From Zootoca vivipara (lineage: Eukaryota): a stretch of 64,000 nt of DNA. The position numbers and the translations under genes were made by a program. This document shows, one piece after another, positions 10,078 to 24,464 of this stretch; position 1 is the first letter of the stretch, and every line of letters starts with the position of its first letter. The notes below the pieces were generated by a model, which saw only the letters and a list, made by a program, of their open reading frames with translations, was not told where the DNA came from and searched no databases. Where the stretch lies: the NCBI RefSeq assembly GCF_963506605.1, contig NC_083280.1, positions 34,100,001 through 34,164,000 on the forward strand, read 5' to 3'.

Positions 10078-13000
10078 AAACTCCGACTACTCAGCTTGAG
10101 CTATGGGCGTGTTCCTTCCTATACAACTACAGGAGGGCTACAAGGCTTCGAGGGGTCGAGATTCTTTTGCGGGGACACTCCAAGCCCCAGATAGGCTTCT
10201 GCTTTCAGTAGAAAGTGGGGGAACTTAGACCTCGGAAGGGTTTCTATTTAGGAAAGCCCACACAGTCCCCTGAAAGTTCATGCCTGCTTAGGAACCATGA
10301 AAAGTTGCTATTTGAGCTTTTGTGCGATGGCTTTTTGTTCTGTATTTTGTTCTGAATTGCAGAAGGGGATTACCGTGGAACAGAAAACCTCCATTTGTGC
10401 TTTATGGGGTATAGCTGAGTGGTGAATGAGGCTGTAATAGAAACTCCACTAAAGTAAAGGAGGAGCTCACCCTTGATTTAGCATTGGACCTATAGGCACT
10501 TAAAGGTAGTAATAACTGGCAGTTCAGTAGGTAATATACTTTTCTGAGATTACATTACAAGATATATGTTGGTAAAGAGAGGGCTGGAAATACTCAGTAT
10601 TCTGATTAAGACACATCTCCAATACATATTTCAGCTTGATGTAGAGCAAAATAGTGATCTGATGCCTTTGTTTTAGCAATGGGTGGGCCAAGTAGTCCAC
10701 ACTGAGGTGTGCGAAAATTTCTTACCTGCCTCCTTGTGGGCTGAAAGCTTTAAGCTAGCAGTAGGAAGGAGCAATCAGATGACCATCTTGCTTTGCCGCT
10801 GACTATAATTTACCCAGAACCTTCCTCTCTAGGGAGAGCTGCAATGAAGTGGTCTAACACATACTTTACCTGTACAATAGCTTGGCTTCATCCTGGTCTC
10901 TGGCATATTCAACAAAGAACTTCAGTGAACCCTGGCAAACAAAAACAAAGAAAACTGCAACCATGCAGGGCAGGCAGTACTAGACAGACAGACTATTAGC
11001 CCGACTTGATATAGGTCCTTTCTTTATATTATATTATTTATTATATTTACACACTGCTTTTCAGTCAAGATTGTCTCCCAAAGCAGCTTATAATTAAAAG
11101 CCACACTGTAATATAATTAAGGGTACCAAGGCTGGGGGCAGTAGCTTTGGGCTCCTGGCAGAGGGTGATACACTTTATGTTCCAGGCTTTTTCACCAGAG
11201 AGAAAGGACAAAAAGACATAGGTGGTGGTGGCTGATATTGAAGATGCCAGTTCACAAGCAGTCTGTCTGCTGACCTGCAGAGTCTTCAGACCATGGGAGT
11301 TGGTGTGTTTCTCACAAGGAGGAGGAGGGAAAGGAATTGCAGATGGACTCAGGGACTTAATATATTTTGTGTTTCTATATCCACTGGCCTCCTGTGAATC
11401 GACCTAAAAGTGGGTGGAGCCACAAGTGTGACTTTTACCTTTGTGCAGTAGGCTAGTTTCTATACATGCTCACATTCCCTCTCCATCCAGGCAAGCAAGA
11501 AGAATTACTAGAGTTCAAGGTACATTCCAGCCATGCAGAGTCACTCAAGCAGGACAGCTGGGCTGGGAAGAGTCCCAAGGACTACATTGTAAGGTCTGGA
11601 GGATGGCATTCAATCCACAAGCCTGAGATTACCCATCCCTGCCCTAGATGGTCATTTGTGCTGAATAATGTGCTCACACTTCTGCTAAGACACAGAGTAG
11701 GATACTCATTACTATTACAGAAACAAGACTTTATGATCTGCTCAGGTCTCTAAATTTTCAATAGCTTGCAGAGTTGTGTTTCTAACATTCTTATCTAAGC
11801 AATGTTACAGCAGGGATGTGAAGCCTGTGGCCTTCCAGGTGTTAAGTTCCACCTCCTATCAGAACATCCTCTATTTAATATGTATTGAAATGTTTTGGAA
11901 AGATAGGCACCCATGGCAGAGCACTTTTCTGAATGATGACAGTTGTTAAATCTATTTTCTGGTTTTCACATATTTCATTCATATTATTGACATCAATATT
12001 TATAGGCAGATATAAACTGGAATGAAATTATTAAGGCCAGTGAATCTGTGCAAAGCTAGCCCATATGGACACAGTTGTGTTGATTGCTCCAGAACATGGG
12101 CAACATGCCACTCAGTTGCACTTATCAAACCACTACAAAAAAATATGAAAGGATGAGAAGCCAGTTTGGCACTGTAAATATGAGATACATTACCAGTTAG
12201 GCACATTCTGAAGCTATGGGATAAATATGAGCTGGTTTTTCTCTAGGTCTGGCTCACTTGAAAATAGAATGTGGCTGCACGATGCCAGCTTTTTATTCCC
12301 AGATACCTCCAGGCTCCAGAGATTCATCTGGTGCCAAGCCAAGGCAAGCATAGCCTTCCCATGGAAACATAGATCAGTGCTTGGAGCCAAGCAGATACAA
12401 GAGAACCCATTCATCACTGGGTGTGCCCACCAGGCAAGGAGCAAGCAAAGGCTCTGGAACATTTGCAAGGTCTCCCGTGCAGGGGTTGGCAACCCTGCCC
12501 TGATTTCAAAGGTCCTCAGAAAATGAGCAGGTCAAGCATATGACAGCACTGACCTGTGCTCTTCCAGCAGTCCATTGACTGATGGGGAAGGGTGATTGAG
12601 ATAGACAGGAGGAGTGTCGGAGGGAGGGAGGGAAAATGTTTTCTGCACTGGTTCTGCCCACCTCTGCCTTCTGCCCAGCCTCCACTGGGATGTGGCTCCT
12701 AACAGATTATATGAAGAAAATGAAGTCCGTCCCCCCACCCTGCTCTGTTGCAGAGTGAATTGGATAGGGAACACCTTACCCAAGACAAGCCACCAGACTG
12801 TACTTGTCCCCTGTTCTTACATGAATAGCAGCTACCCCCAGGTAAGCTGCTCCCAGAAGCTATAGCCCTGTTAGATTTACTTTAGAACCAAGATGGGGAA
12901 CATTTTTAATTCTGAGGGCCACACGAAACCTTCCAGGCAGCCTTCCAAGGGCCACTTGCCAATTGTGGGTGGGACCAGAGATAACTGAGCAAACCAAAAA

Positions 13001-16000
13001 ATACCTACAGTCGGCTCATTTCTACACACACAAGCAAATATCAAGTTTGGATACCATGCTAATTCTCACAGGGCTGTAGATTTTACAAAGCTAATTGTAC
13101 ATATGTTTGCACAGTCTGGCTTTCAACACCCAGCCTCCTAAAATCGTGGCATGTAGTAAATACTTATGCTTGCATTTTAAGAGATTCACAGATCCTGCCG
13201 TTCTGAATATGTACATCATAATTTAATTGCTTCACATTTACATACCATTAGAAATGCTTTCCTTCTTCCATGGCAAGACATTGGACATGATTCATCTAAA
13301 GATACGGTAGTCATGCCTGAAGCTTCACTCCTGTGCACCCATACCTTAGAGGAAGCTCCACTGAACACAACAGGACTTCTCAGTAGACATGTGTAAGCTT
13401 GCTCTGTATGTCTCATAAGGAAAAAAGCATTAACAACATTATGTACTGTATGTCACTGATCTGTCCCCGAGGAGCTAAGGCAAAAATTTATTGCCTAGAT
13501 TATTGAAGAGTAAAGCCCACTGACAGCACCCAAACAAAATTTGATGTTGGCTATCAGCTCCTTCAGTCAATCAGTTTCTTAATCATTCATCCTATGCACC
13601 CTATAGGATAATTCTTATTAAACAATTCTTATTAAACAAACACATAACTTAAGATCTTTTTCTTTGATTTAAAATAAAACTCATTTAACTGTGTAGCTAT
13701 TCTTTCAGACACTGCTTGGTTTGATGTGGCACCTTGTATCTTTCCAGCATTTATAAACTTGCCCTGCAGTTCATGCTATTGCTGCTGTGTTGCCTAGCTG
13801 TGTGTATGCAAGTAGGTAGGATGACGTCAAATACCTTTATTTGTGTGGGCTTTGGTGATTAATGCAACTATTTCCTGTTGCCACATTACATAAACTGTAC
13901 TAATAGACCTTCTATATTTATCTTGCTTTGTGTGTTTTCTAGTACTTCCATATTTATTCAAAACAAAGTCATGCACAAAAACCTGACAGGCGACTCAGGG
14001 CAGCTTACAGCTAAAATAGAAGCAGCCAAAAATGTTGGGGGGGGGAGATCAATTAAACATTAATAGAACACATGCATATATATGAGCTATTAAAACAAAC
14101 AGATCATTGCAATGAAAACATCACAGCACCAGCCCTTTTCCTTACAAACAGTCTCTAAAAGCCTGTAGGAACTAGGAAGTTCCAACAAGATATTAGATAG
14201 GAGACATTACTCTTTGGTAGAACATTAGCATTGCATGAAGCAGTTCTTCAGTTTAATCCCCAATTTGGCTCAAGCGAGAACCAAGCTTGAACCTCTAGTT
14301 GATTTTTAGATGTCCAGCCATGGTGACCCTTGATGTCAGCCTTGGTCATAGTGACTAGGAACATTTTTTACTGCCTTCAATTGGTGCACCAGCTGCACAC
14401 TTTCCTAGACAAGATGGACCTGGCTTTGGTCATTCATGCGGTAAGCACACACACCCTGTATGAAACACCTCTGAAGACACTTTAATAACCTGAATTGTTT
14501 CAATTTGCAGCTACCAGAATGTTGATTGGTGCTCCCGTTTTGAAGAGATGTCAAAATGTGTTTCTCATCCAAACATTGCTTCGAGGGGGAGAAAGTTAGA
14601 ATGGCCATTTTGGCTACAGAAGCACCAACACTTGCCTTTGAACATGGTAAATAGAAAGGGTGACCATCTCCCTGCACCACCACATGTTGCTTATGGGGTT
14701 GTTATGTATGAAAGGGCAAGTCTCACATCATCAGATGCCTTGATAACATCAAAGCATGTTTGCAATCTTTTAAAATTAGATGAAGAAACATTCAGAAGCC
14801 TTTAGGTCTTCCGTAAGCCAGCCACCAACTGGAAATGTTACCATCAAAGGATCATATTGGAAATGTCATGGGTGAGTGGGAGTCAAAGATGGGTGTGCTG
14901 GGACCTGACTCAGTGCGTCACACCAGTCCCTTGTCTCACTTGACAGCATCACTGGTCACAGTCATCTCTGTTGTAAGTGCTTCCCAGGGAATGAGTCACT
15001 GATTGAATGACCTTCTGTTCCTGGCATCCTGGCCTTCTGTCACCCTGCAAATGCATTGTCTTCCATTGTTACACCTGGATAACAACAATCGGTTTCACTG
15101 GTGTGGGTTTCATGAGCTTTTAGCTTTTGCACATTGCCTGATTGCAGGGGTAAAGCAGGTTTTAATGGCAGCATATAGATAAAATGGAACGTTCTGTTGT
15201 TATAGTTTCATCCCAGGAAATGATTTAGCCTCCTCCCTTTGTTTTTTCTACCTGTAGCGGATGATGAGTCAACACTACTGATTCAACACTTACTGTTCAC
15301 TACTCTTCCATTCCTGGATGTCTGTTAAGTAGTTTGCAAAAGATCGTGGACAGTGCAGAAGATTATTCAGCCCTCAGCTTTGCAGGAGGCTTATTATACC
15401 TCACACACACACACACACACACACACCCCTACCATTAGGCTAAGCAACACAGCTGCCTCAGGCAGCAGATACTGGAGGGTGGGAAGCCAGTGATGAAGCA
15501 TAAGCATTGGAGGGCACAGCTGCGGATTCCATACAGGGGGCTGCCCAGTGCCCCCTAAGTCACCCTGCTGCTCTCAGGTGCATTGAAGCATGTAAGATTC
15601 AATTACCAGTTTGGGTTGAATGCGGAGGATGTGCCGAATGGGAAATGGGGGTGGTACTTTGTCTCAGGCAATGGAATGTCTTGGGCAGACCAACAAGGAT
15701 ATAGCTGGCAAGGCTTGCTACTCATCATTCACTTCATAAAATCATAAGGCTGTGGAGAGGGGAAGACTTTACCAGGCCCTCCCTTGCCCCATCAGTCTCT
15801 GAAAGGTAGATCTATGCACCACAAATGGAGAAGTGATAGCGATTTCCTTTCCCAATGCCTCTTTGGGAGTATTAATGCTTGCAACTTTTAATGGTAAACC
15901 TATGATGCAGGATGGATGAGCAAAACAAGTAACACTAAGGCTACAATCCTATACACTAGCAGTGGGGAACATACAATGAGCCTGCTGAATCAATTCAGTG

Positions 16001-17261
16001 GCCCATCTAGTTCAGCATCCTGTTCTGACTGTGGCCAACCAGGTGTCCTGGGGAAAACCTGCAAAGTGTACCTGAGCACAAGATCATTCTCCCCTTCTGT
16101 GGTTTCCAGCAACTGGTATTCAGAAGCATTACTGCCGCTGACAGCAATCTTTGGCCTCCAGAAGTTCCTAGCCTGTGTTTTTTCTTTCTTCTTCTTCCTT
16201 TCCTACGGTAGTATTTTTGTGTCCTCTCCTCTCTCTTTTCACCTCCAGATATGCACCGTATGTTAAGATTTGTTAGACTTGGGGAAACAGGCATAGAAAT
16301 AGAATTCCTCCTGTGTGTTTTCACACATCCTTAATTGGCAGTGTTTACTAAAAGTATGCCAAGTTTAGGGATTGGGTATGGCTGGGAGTGAGAAGCAAGT
16401 ATCTGGTTTTATTGGTACTTTCCTGGGATTGTGGTTGGTCAATGGTTAATGGTGTGAATAATCATTTTTAAGGAAGAAAAATCAGCAAGTACGTATCACA
16501 GATGAAAACGTTTTTACGTGCAAAATGTGTGATAACCCTTGGTGTAAATATATTCACTGCTTGTACCAACACTTTTGCTTCACAGGGACAGGAAGTCTTC
16601 GTATCACACAGTTTTTGATGGCTGCATGTGCATAAAGATATAGTTATAACAAGCTACTGCATGCTTCCTTGTTGCTGTTTTAAATGGCATCTGAATGCTT
16701 TTTCTCCGAACAATTTGCACTTGATTATTCTTAGCTTCCGTGCATGCCCTGGAGAATAAATCTAGAAGTCGTTGATGCAAAAAGTAATTTTGTCAAGTAC
16801 ATATTGAAAACTGCCCACATTTTCAACCCCTCGAAAACCCACCCTTTAAATTTTGTTCCACTCACCTTTATTAGGAAAAAACCTTGGATGGTAACGGTGG
16901 TGTAGAAATTTAATAAATAAATAGGGTTTACATAGCTTGACTAGACTGTGTGCTCTATGGGCATATTGACACCATATATTTAAAGCACTCATATCACTTT
17001 AACAGTCATGGAAAGTCCTGGGACTTTTCTTTTTTTCAGCTGGAACTCACTAGAACTCAGTTCTGGCACCTCTCAAATGGCCTTTGTAAGAGAGAACAAG
17101 GGAGGTACTCATGGTGAGTTCTGGCCAGTGATTTGTGGCGACCTGTACCAATCAGGATGCAAGAGTCAGAGGCAAGGGAAGCTTCAGAGCTGGAGGGTGG
17201 AGCACAGGATGCGCTGGAAGAAGAGGAGGAGGTGGTGGGTCAGGCAAGTGAAGGGCTAGGT

Positions 17262-18184
17262 CAGGGGTCTGCAACCTGCGGCTCCGGAGCCGCATGTGGC
17301 TCTTTTACACCTTTGCTGCGGCTCTGGAGCGGATACGAGGGGAGGAGGCGCCCGAGCCATGCGCCGCCGGAGCCATGCGGCGGCGCCCGCCACGCCCGCC
17401 AGACACTCGCGCGGTGCCCACCGCCGCCAGAGCACACTGCTGCGGCGGCGTGCTGTGCGCCTGCGCCCCACATGGCGCCCGCCGGAGTCCACAACTCCGC
17501 TGTGCGCGTGCGCTGTGCAAAAAGGACGCAAGGTGACGTTAGCAGCCCGGGGAGCGTGGTCGGCCCCCTCCCTGCATCAGCCCCTCCCTGCCGCATTTCT
17601 GCAGCCAATAGGCTCACGGGGGGCGGGGGCGGAGTTATTTATTTTTTTAAACGGGCGCGCTTCTTTCCGCCCAGCAGCAGAAAAGGCTTGCGGGCTTGGA
17701 TCGCGTGTTTGCTGCTGCTGCTCCTGCCTGCGGCCTGCCTGTGGCCTCCTGCCGGCCTGGTCAGGAGATTGAGGTAGATGTATTAATCAATGGGTTGATT
17801 CAATATGAGGAAATTTTTATAAGTTCACTTGATGGGAGCAACACACATGAAACCATACAGGTGTCCTAATAAGGGAGTCAGAGTTTTGCCCATTCCCAGT
17901 AATCAAGGCAGCCCAAACTCAGTTATTTTTATAATGACAAGGATGACATTGGGCACTCATTATTAATTATTATTTACATCAGGCACTGATTAGGATTTAT
18001 GGTACACTGGGGCCCTGAATAATTTTCTATGGCATTTTGGGGCATTTATTATTGGGCATAGCAAATTTTGCTATGGGGCCCTCTGATTTCTAATTATGTC
18101 CCTGTTTTGCGGCTCCCAGTTTATTTTTTTTCTTCGGAAACGGGTCCAAGTGGCTCTTTTTGTCTTAAAGGTTGCAGACCCCTG
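17262..18184 (+). mobile_element. Non-autonomous hAT DNA transposon (923 bp) carrying a CpG island
   Basis: 16-bp TIR CAGGGGTCTGCAACCT at both ends; perfect 8-bp TSD GGCTAGGT (17254-17261, 18185-18192). Confidence 0.92.
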
Positions 18185-18395
18185 GGCTAGGTGCTTCCCC
18201 ATCCACTCCTGCACCACTGTCATCCAGAACCAGGAGAAAATTGAAGTGGGAAGAGCAGAGACGACTTCCACACAGGCGTAGTCTCTGGTTGTACGCACAC
18301 AGCCCATCGGGGGGAGCTACCTAAACTGGTGGAGGGGGGTGGCCCATTGCTGCAAATGCTCCAAGGAGTGCAGGCCTGAGAATAGCTGTCTAGAT

Positions 18396-18759
18396 AAGAG
18401 GGTGGTAACCTAAGGCCCATGGGCCAGAAGCAGCCCATGAGGGTCACTTAACCGGCCCATGAGGCGCCCCCGAACTGAGCCACTCACTCGGCTAGTCCCC
18501 GTGTCCTGCGCTAATCCAGCACAGCATGGCATGGGGCCTCTCTTCCGCGGCTCCAGAAATTGCTTCTGCACATGTCCGTGGCACCGGAAATCACTTTTGC
18601 TCATGCCCAGACGCCTCAAATCGCTTCTGCGCAGGTGTGATTTTTGGTGTCTGGGCATGCGCAGAAGCGATTTCCAGTGTCACACTGTGCCGGTCCAGCC
18701 CACAGAGGATCTCCACGGGAGTGATCCAGCCCATGCCCAGTAAGCCTTGCCAACCACTG
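18396..18759. mobile_element. hAT-type MITE
   Basis: Degenerate TIRs; near-perfect 8-bp TSD GTCTAGAT/GCCTAGAT; internal inverted repeats. Confidence 0.7.
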
Positions 18760-20615
18760 GCCTAGATGCTAGACTGGTGTGTGTGTGGGTATTTGGAGTC
18801 ATAGAATGACTGTAAGTGCCAGCTTGACAATAAAGAGTTAACTGCCTGCTGTGTGCGTTCCTTTGAGTGTGGAGTGACTTTGACATCTGGCCTCCAAGGA
18901 GTGTGCCACAGCCCAGCAGTGGGCAATGCGTTGTTTGGAGGCTGGCTCTGCTGCCCCTGTGGATCCTGCAGACTGAAACCTCACCTTGCCTCATGGGTAG
19001 GCCAGCCCTTACTCACGAGGACTGGAGTCCAACAACATCGTTCAGTCTCATCCCCGGTCTAGGCAAATCCAGCTTTCCCCACCTTTATGGGTTTTGTCGT
19101 TTTGCTGTAGAGACAGCAGTGCTCAGTGCTGATCAGCTGACAACAGCAATCAGTCTTATCCAGCACATGTTGCAATATTTTTGCACATTGCTTGTGCTCA
19201 TTTGGGACCCTGTTTTTATTAAAAGCGCAATCAATTTGTAAAATACTGTGAAACGTTTTTGGTGGAGTGGTCTGTTTCCTTGGAGGGAAATAAATCCTTC
19301 TCAGCAGCGCAGTGAGGGCACCTGCAGAGGAGAATGGCTTTTTGCTTGCGAACTGGAGAAAGTGGGGCCAGAGCACAATGGGGGCTGGCAGTTTTGGATC
19401 CTATGTGGCAGCTACAAGAGAGACGGGACCCGCTTGCAGTGTAATGCTATAACTCCTCCATCGTAGGCTCAGGTTGTATATATGTGTAAATAAACCATAT
19501 ATTATGAAGACACTCTCTCGCTGTCCAAAGGGAAACACAGAGCTTGCTAAGTCCCTGGTACGCCTGGTATCTCTCACTGTTCAGAGATTTGGGTGGCATG
19601 TGACAGTATTATTTAGCATTTATTATGATGGTGTGGTCTCTTTGATCGTGAGGTAGAAAAAGAGTTCCCATGCTTATGAGGTAGCCAAAATTTACTGACC
19701 TGTGGAAAATGTTTCAAGGAGACTTAGGCTAGTGGCAAAACAGATGTGTTCCTCACACGGGGTCCAAGAAGATCCCGTCTGAGGAATATATTCCATCATC
19801 AAAACTATGCAACTTAAAAAAGGAAACAAATCTGTGGACCTTATACCACAATAGGTCTTCCTTCTGCTATGTGAGTATTACAAAGTGCTAACCACAGAAG
19901 TGATTCATCTTGGTGCTTGTCAGATGTGTTCATTGTGGATTCAAGGTGAGCAAATGCTACCTTCTGACTCAGTCTGGCTTGAAGAAAGATCTGGTAGGTG
20001 TGATGACAGGTAATAAATCCACTAGTTTAGGGAGTTGGGTCTGGATGATACAATAGGAATCTTCCAAACCTGTGATCCCGTATCTGTGAGAGTAGAGTCT
20101 ATAAGAGGAAATCTGCCAGACCGTTTCTTTTATCAAGATGATGGCCTTAGCTGCTCAGCTAAGTTTCCATTATTCACATTTTGAAAGAGTGAGCTCTGTT
20201 GCCTTAAAGACAATTTTCTCCACCTCTCCTGGCTGGATGCCCATCATTGTAAGATGAAGAACAATGGGATCTGGGCTCATGTTGGAAGCTGGGGACACAT
20301 GTGGTGCTCTGTGCTTGGCTTAGAGATCCCCTGGAAACCTACTGGGGAAGCAAGATCTATAGGAGTGTTAATGCTGTGAGAGCCCCCACCACCACCACCA
20401 ATCCTATCCTACCCGTGGAGAGCAGTAAATTGGGGTGCCACCACTGAGAAGACCCTTTATATTTTATCATCATCAACAACAACATTATTTATTAATACCC
20501 TGCCCATCAGACTTCAAACATAATAAAAACACAGGAAATGTCAAACATTAGAAACAATCCTAATGCATGGAGCTGCCCTAATGAGGCACCTATTTGGAAG
20601 CAAGTCATAAATTAA

Positions 20616-20911
20616 TAGTGGTGCCTTGACTTACGAATTTAATCCGTTCCGAAGGCACCTTCCTAGGTCGAAAAATTTGTAAGTCGAAAAATGCAATTGG
20701 AAATGCGATTTCCCATAGGAATGCATTGGAAACGGAAAAATTCGTAAGTCGAAGCAACCCTATCTAAAAATTCGTAAGTCGAAAAATCCCTATCTAAAAC
20801 CGCCACAGTTTCCTTTCGGATGTCAAGACATTCGTAAGCGTGCGGCCATTAGCCCCATTCGTAAGTCGAAAAAATCAGTTGTCAAGTCGTTCATAAGTCG
20901 AGGTACCACTG
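20616..20911. mobile_element. Tc1/mariner (Tigger/pogo-like) MITE
   Basis: CAGTGGTACCTC-type TIRs; repeated TTCGTAAGTCGAA; same family as 62740-62984. Confidence 0.8.
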
Positions 20912-21071
20912 TAGACGTTGTGAGGAATATTCAGATCGGCTTTAGAAGTCACATCTCAGAACATCACTTATTCTTTGCTCCACCACTCTATTTAGAATAT
21001 TTTTTTCTTGATAAGTTATCTGCTGGCATTAATTGTAGACATTCTGCAGCATGTAGGCATTCACAATTGCA

Positions 21072-21456
21072 GGGACGCGGGTGGCGCTGTGGTCTAAACC
21101 ACTGAGCCTCTTGGGCTTTCCAATCAGAAGGTTGGCGGTTCAAATCCACACAACGGGGTGAGCTCCCATTGCTCTGTCCCAGCTCCTGCCAACCTAGCAG
21201 TTTGAAAGCACGGCAGTGCAAGCAGATAAATAGGTACCACTGTGGCGGGAAGTTAAAGGGTGTTTCTGTGCACTCTGGCACTTGTCACAGTGTTCTGTTG
21301 TGCCAGAAGCAGCTTAGTCATGCTGGCCACATGACCCAGAAAGCTGTCTGTAGACAAATGCCGACTCCCTCGACCTGAAGTGAGATGAGCACTGCACCCC
21401 ATAGTCGCCTTTGACTGGACTTAACTGTCCAGGGGTCCTTTACCTTTTCCTTTTAC
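21072..21456 (+). mobile_element. Sauria SINE, full length
   Basis: GGGACGCGGGTGGCGCTGTGG head, ACCTTT tail, 15-bp TSD TGTAGGCATTCACAA. Confidence 0.9.
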
Positions 21457-21789
21457 TGTAGGCATTCACAAGCATCTCAGCTTGCATATAAACCCACTGC
21501 AAAGCCTCTTACAAACAGATCTTCATTTCTCGCAGCATGGCAATGTGTCTTTGGTAGTAGGCAGTGTTATTAATGTCATTATATGTTGTATGATCAATCA
21601 TTGCAAGGTTGGCAGCCAACTGATAGACTCTGCGCTACCATAGATAGCAACCACTGTCAGTAATGAGTTATAGGCATGCAGCAGAACAATTAATTCATAG
21701 TTAAAACAATAGATTGTAACAGCAGCACACAAATAAACAGAGGGTGATAATGACCGCTCCCCACATCAAATGGGGGGTGCCTTTTGCCT

Positions 21790-22740
21790 GGTTGCGCACA
21801 GCCGCCACGATCCCATGTGGCTCCCGGCAGCACAGCCTGGATTTGCCCCCCCCCCCGCCAGGCTGGACAACTGGAGGTTGCCACCTACCTCTACCAGTTA
21901 TTCAATCCCAGCTGGGGAGGCGTTGCCAGGAGAGAGTTGGCCAGGTAAGGGGAGGGACCGCCCTGCCCACACAATAGAGGCATAGCTGCCAAGTTTTCCC
22001 TTTTCTCGCGAGGAAGCCTATTCAGCATAATGGAAAATCCCTTTTAAAAAGGGATAACTTGGCAGCTATGAATAGAGGGTGGAACTTACCTGGGAATTCT
22101 CAGTCGGCTCCAGAACTTCTCCCACCTTGCCCTCCCTCAGTTAAGCCTTCTTTTGCAGGTTAACCCCTTCTTCACAGGTACGCAGGCGCTGCTATGTTAT
22201 GGCCGCTGTTGAAGGGCCGGAAAATAATTTTCCTGCATTGGCAGGTTTTGCCTTCCCTATAGCAAAACGTCTCAACTTTGGCGGTTTCAGGCCTTGGGCA
22301 GAATCCTTTAGTCTATCTTCCCTAAATGTGGGTTGTGTGTGCGTGTGAAATGGTGACCCACCACCATCCCGCGGCAGCGATCCCAGGGTTCCCCATTAAA
22401 GGGGCTGTTTTGAGGGGAGGTATTGGCCATATGCCAATAGGTTGTCATTGCTCTCCCCTGTGACTGTGGCGAAATGGGGGGCGGGCTCTCTGCTTGAACA
22501 TATGTTCTCCAGAGCCAGCCCAATCCCCACACATTCTGGATAACCCTGAAGTCTCTCACATCCCCGGCTGGGGACTGCGAAGGATAAATGCCCAATGCCT
22601 AAGCCAAGGTCTCCCTACAACCTTAATAAACTTAATAAAGTTGTGGCCAATTTTAATCCCATAGCACGTTGTCTTGCGTCATTATTCCGCTCGGGTGTCA
22701 CCTGGGGTTGGGGGGTCTCCGCCTGTCCACGCAAACCACA
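21790..22740 (+). mobile_element. Probable DIRS/Ngaro- or LTR-type retroelement remnant
   Basis: GC-rich non-coding block ending with AATAAAGTTGTGGCC; no ORF; family assignment from recall only. Confidence 0.35.
21981..22070. mobile_element. 90-bp MITE (hAT-like), copy 2, inverted relative to copy 1
   Basis: Same TIR; 8-bp TSD AATAGAGG; one difference from copy 1. Confidence 0.9.
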
Positions 22741-24013
22741 CACTTCCTTGCCCCTTTGCACTTTCCTAGGGATTTTTCCTGCTCTGTGCCTATAGTTTTC
22801 AAAGTGAGATGTGAAAGATCCCAGGAGCTCTAGAGCCACTCACTGGATGCCGTGTAACATACCCTAATAACACACTATTAAGCTGTGCACACACCACATA
22901 TTTAAAGCACATTCCTTCCTCAAAATAATTGTGGCAGCAGGGGGAGGAATCCTGCTCAGCTTGGCAGAATTCCATGCAGCCCCCTTCTTGATTCATGCAA
23001 CCTGAATCAGTTTTCACCCCATCCCTAATCATTTGCTGTTACAGAGATGTTCAAACCTGGGTCACCATTCTTTCCCCATTACTGTACTCTGGTTGGAGGA
23101 TCTGGAGTGATTCTGATCTTGCAATCCCTTGGCCTGGTATTGGGGGCGGGGCAGGATGTGTGTGTGAGAGAGAGTGTGTGTGCGGAGATATCAGCACTGT
23201 TGGGAGAAGATTTGTGTGGGGTGTTTGATTTTTGCATTTTGCTTCATTCCCATGGATTTCTTTGGCACTTCTAGAGGAGATTGGCTGTCCCCCTACGGGA
23301 TTAAATGACGAGGGACCTTTCAGAAAGGACAGTGAGTCACAGGAGTGTGGGAGGAAGGAATCATTAGGAACTGTCAGGCCAGTGGGCGTGAGGAAGACTT
23401 GCTGGCCGATGTTCAGCCACCAGTACAGATTGAATCTGTCAGGAAACCTCCAAAGGGATGTTATTGGTAATAATAATAAAAAACAGGCTCCTGGAGAGAA
23501 AAGACTTGCCTTGTGGATTAATTTGAACAGAAACAAATGCCAATTTCCTCTCATTCATATATCAATGTATCAGGGGTTGTTTTTTTCTGTTCATTCTTTA
23601 CAAACCTTAGGAAGCTGACCTCGAATGTGAAATACGGATCAATGAAGGGAGGTGGTGCAGATCAGTGGTTAAAGCACTAAACTTCCAGGCCTGGAACTGT
23701 GCAAATAGATGCCTTGTGCGTCCCTAGATTTATACATGGGATAGTGATGCCCTAGGACAAAGTTGAGGAACCTCTTTCTAGCACTTTCCATTGCACCCCA
23801 AGAGGGGGAATGGGATGGAATGTGACGTGCCTCGGCCCCTCCTCAGTGTGCAAAATTCTGGCTGGAATTTGTCCTTGAACTATGAAAATGCCTCTTACTT
23901 GCCTGGATAGAAAACAATGTGTGCATGTAGAACCTGTGACTTAGGTGTGGCTGAAATGTAGCCTTATCAGGCAAAAGTAAGAGTCACTTTTATTGGTCCC
24001 CCTACTTTCAATC

Positions 24014-24464
24014 CGTATAGTTAAAGCTATGGTTTTCCCAGTAGTGATGTATGGAAGTGAGAGCTGGACCATAAAGAAGGCTGATCGCCGAAGAATTGAT
24101 GCTTTTGAATTATGGTGCTGGAGGAGACTCTTGAGAGTCCCATGGACTGCAAGAAGATCAAACCTATCCATTCTGAAGGAAATCAACCCTCAGTGCTCAC
24201 TGGAAGGACAGATCCTGAAGCTGAGGCTCCAATACTTTGGCCACCTCATGAGAAGAGAATAATCCTTGGAAAAGACCCTGATGTTGGGAAAGATGGAGGG
24301 CACAAGGAGAAGGGGACGACAGAGGATGAGATGGTTGGACAGTGTTCTCGAAGCTACAAACATGAGTTGGACCAAACTGCGGGAGGCAGTGCAAGACAGG
24401 AGTGCTTGGCGTCCTCTGGTCCATGGGGTCACGAAGAGTCGGACACGACTAAACAACAACAAAA
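24014..24464 (+). mobile_element. Bov-B (RTE) LINE, 5'-truncated
   Basis: MVFPVVMYGSESWTIKKA...HGVTKSRTRL, (CAA)n tail, TSD ACTTTCAATC. Confidence 0.95.

Larger units (their letters stand above)
9640..10200 (+). promoter_or_regulatory. CpG-enriched promoter / exon 1 region of the VAMP gene
   Basis: Local CpG enrichment surrounding exon 1; not bounded by TE termini. Confidence 0.65.

Noticed and set aside
17262-17780. CpG island as the VAMP promoter, or its GC-rich ORFs as a gene
   Set aside because: It lies wholly inside a hAT element with TIRs and an 8-bp TSD; the AT|GTGAGT exon 1 is at 9938.
19247-19605. Solo-LTR-like block (also about 23037-23560)
   Set aside because: TG...CA and AATAAA are present but no target-site duplication could be verified.
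20616-20911. Regularly recurring TTCGTAAGTCGAA units as a CRISPR-like array (also at 62740-62984)
   Set aside because: Eukaryotic DNA; the units are internal repeats of TIR-bounded MITEs with irregular spacing.
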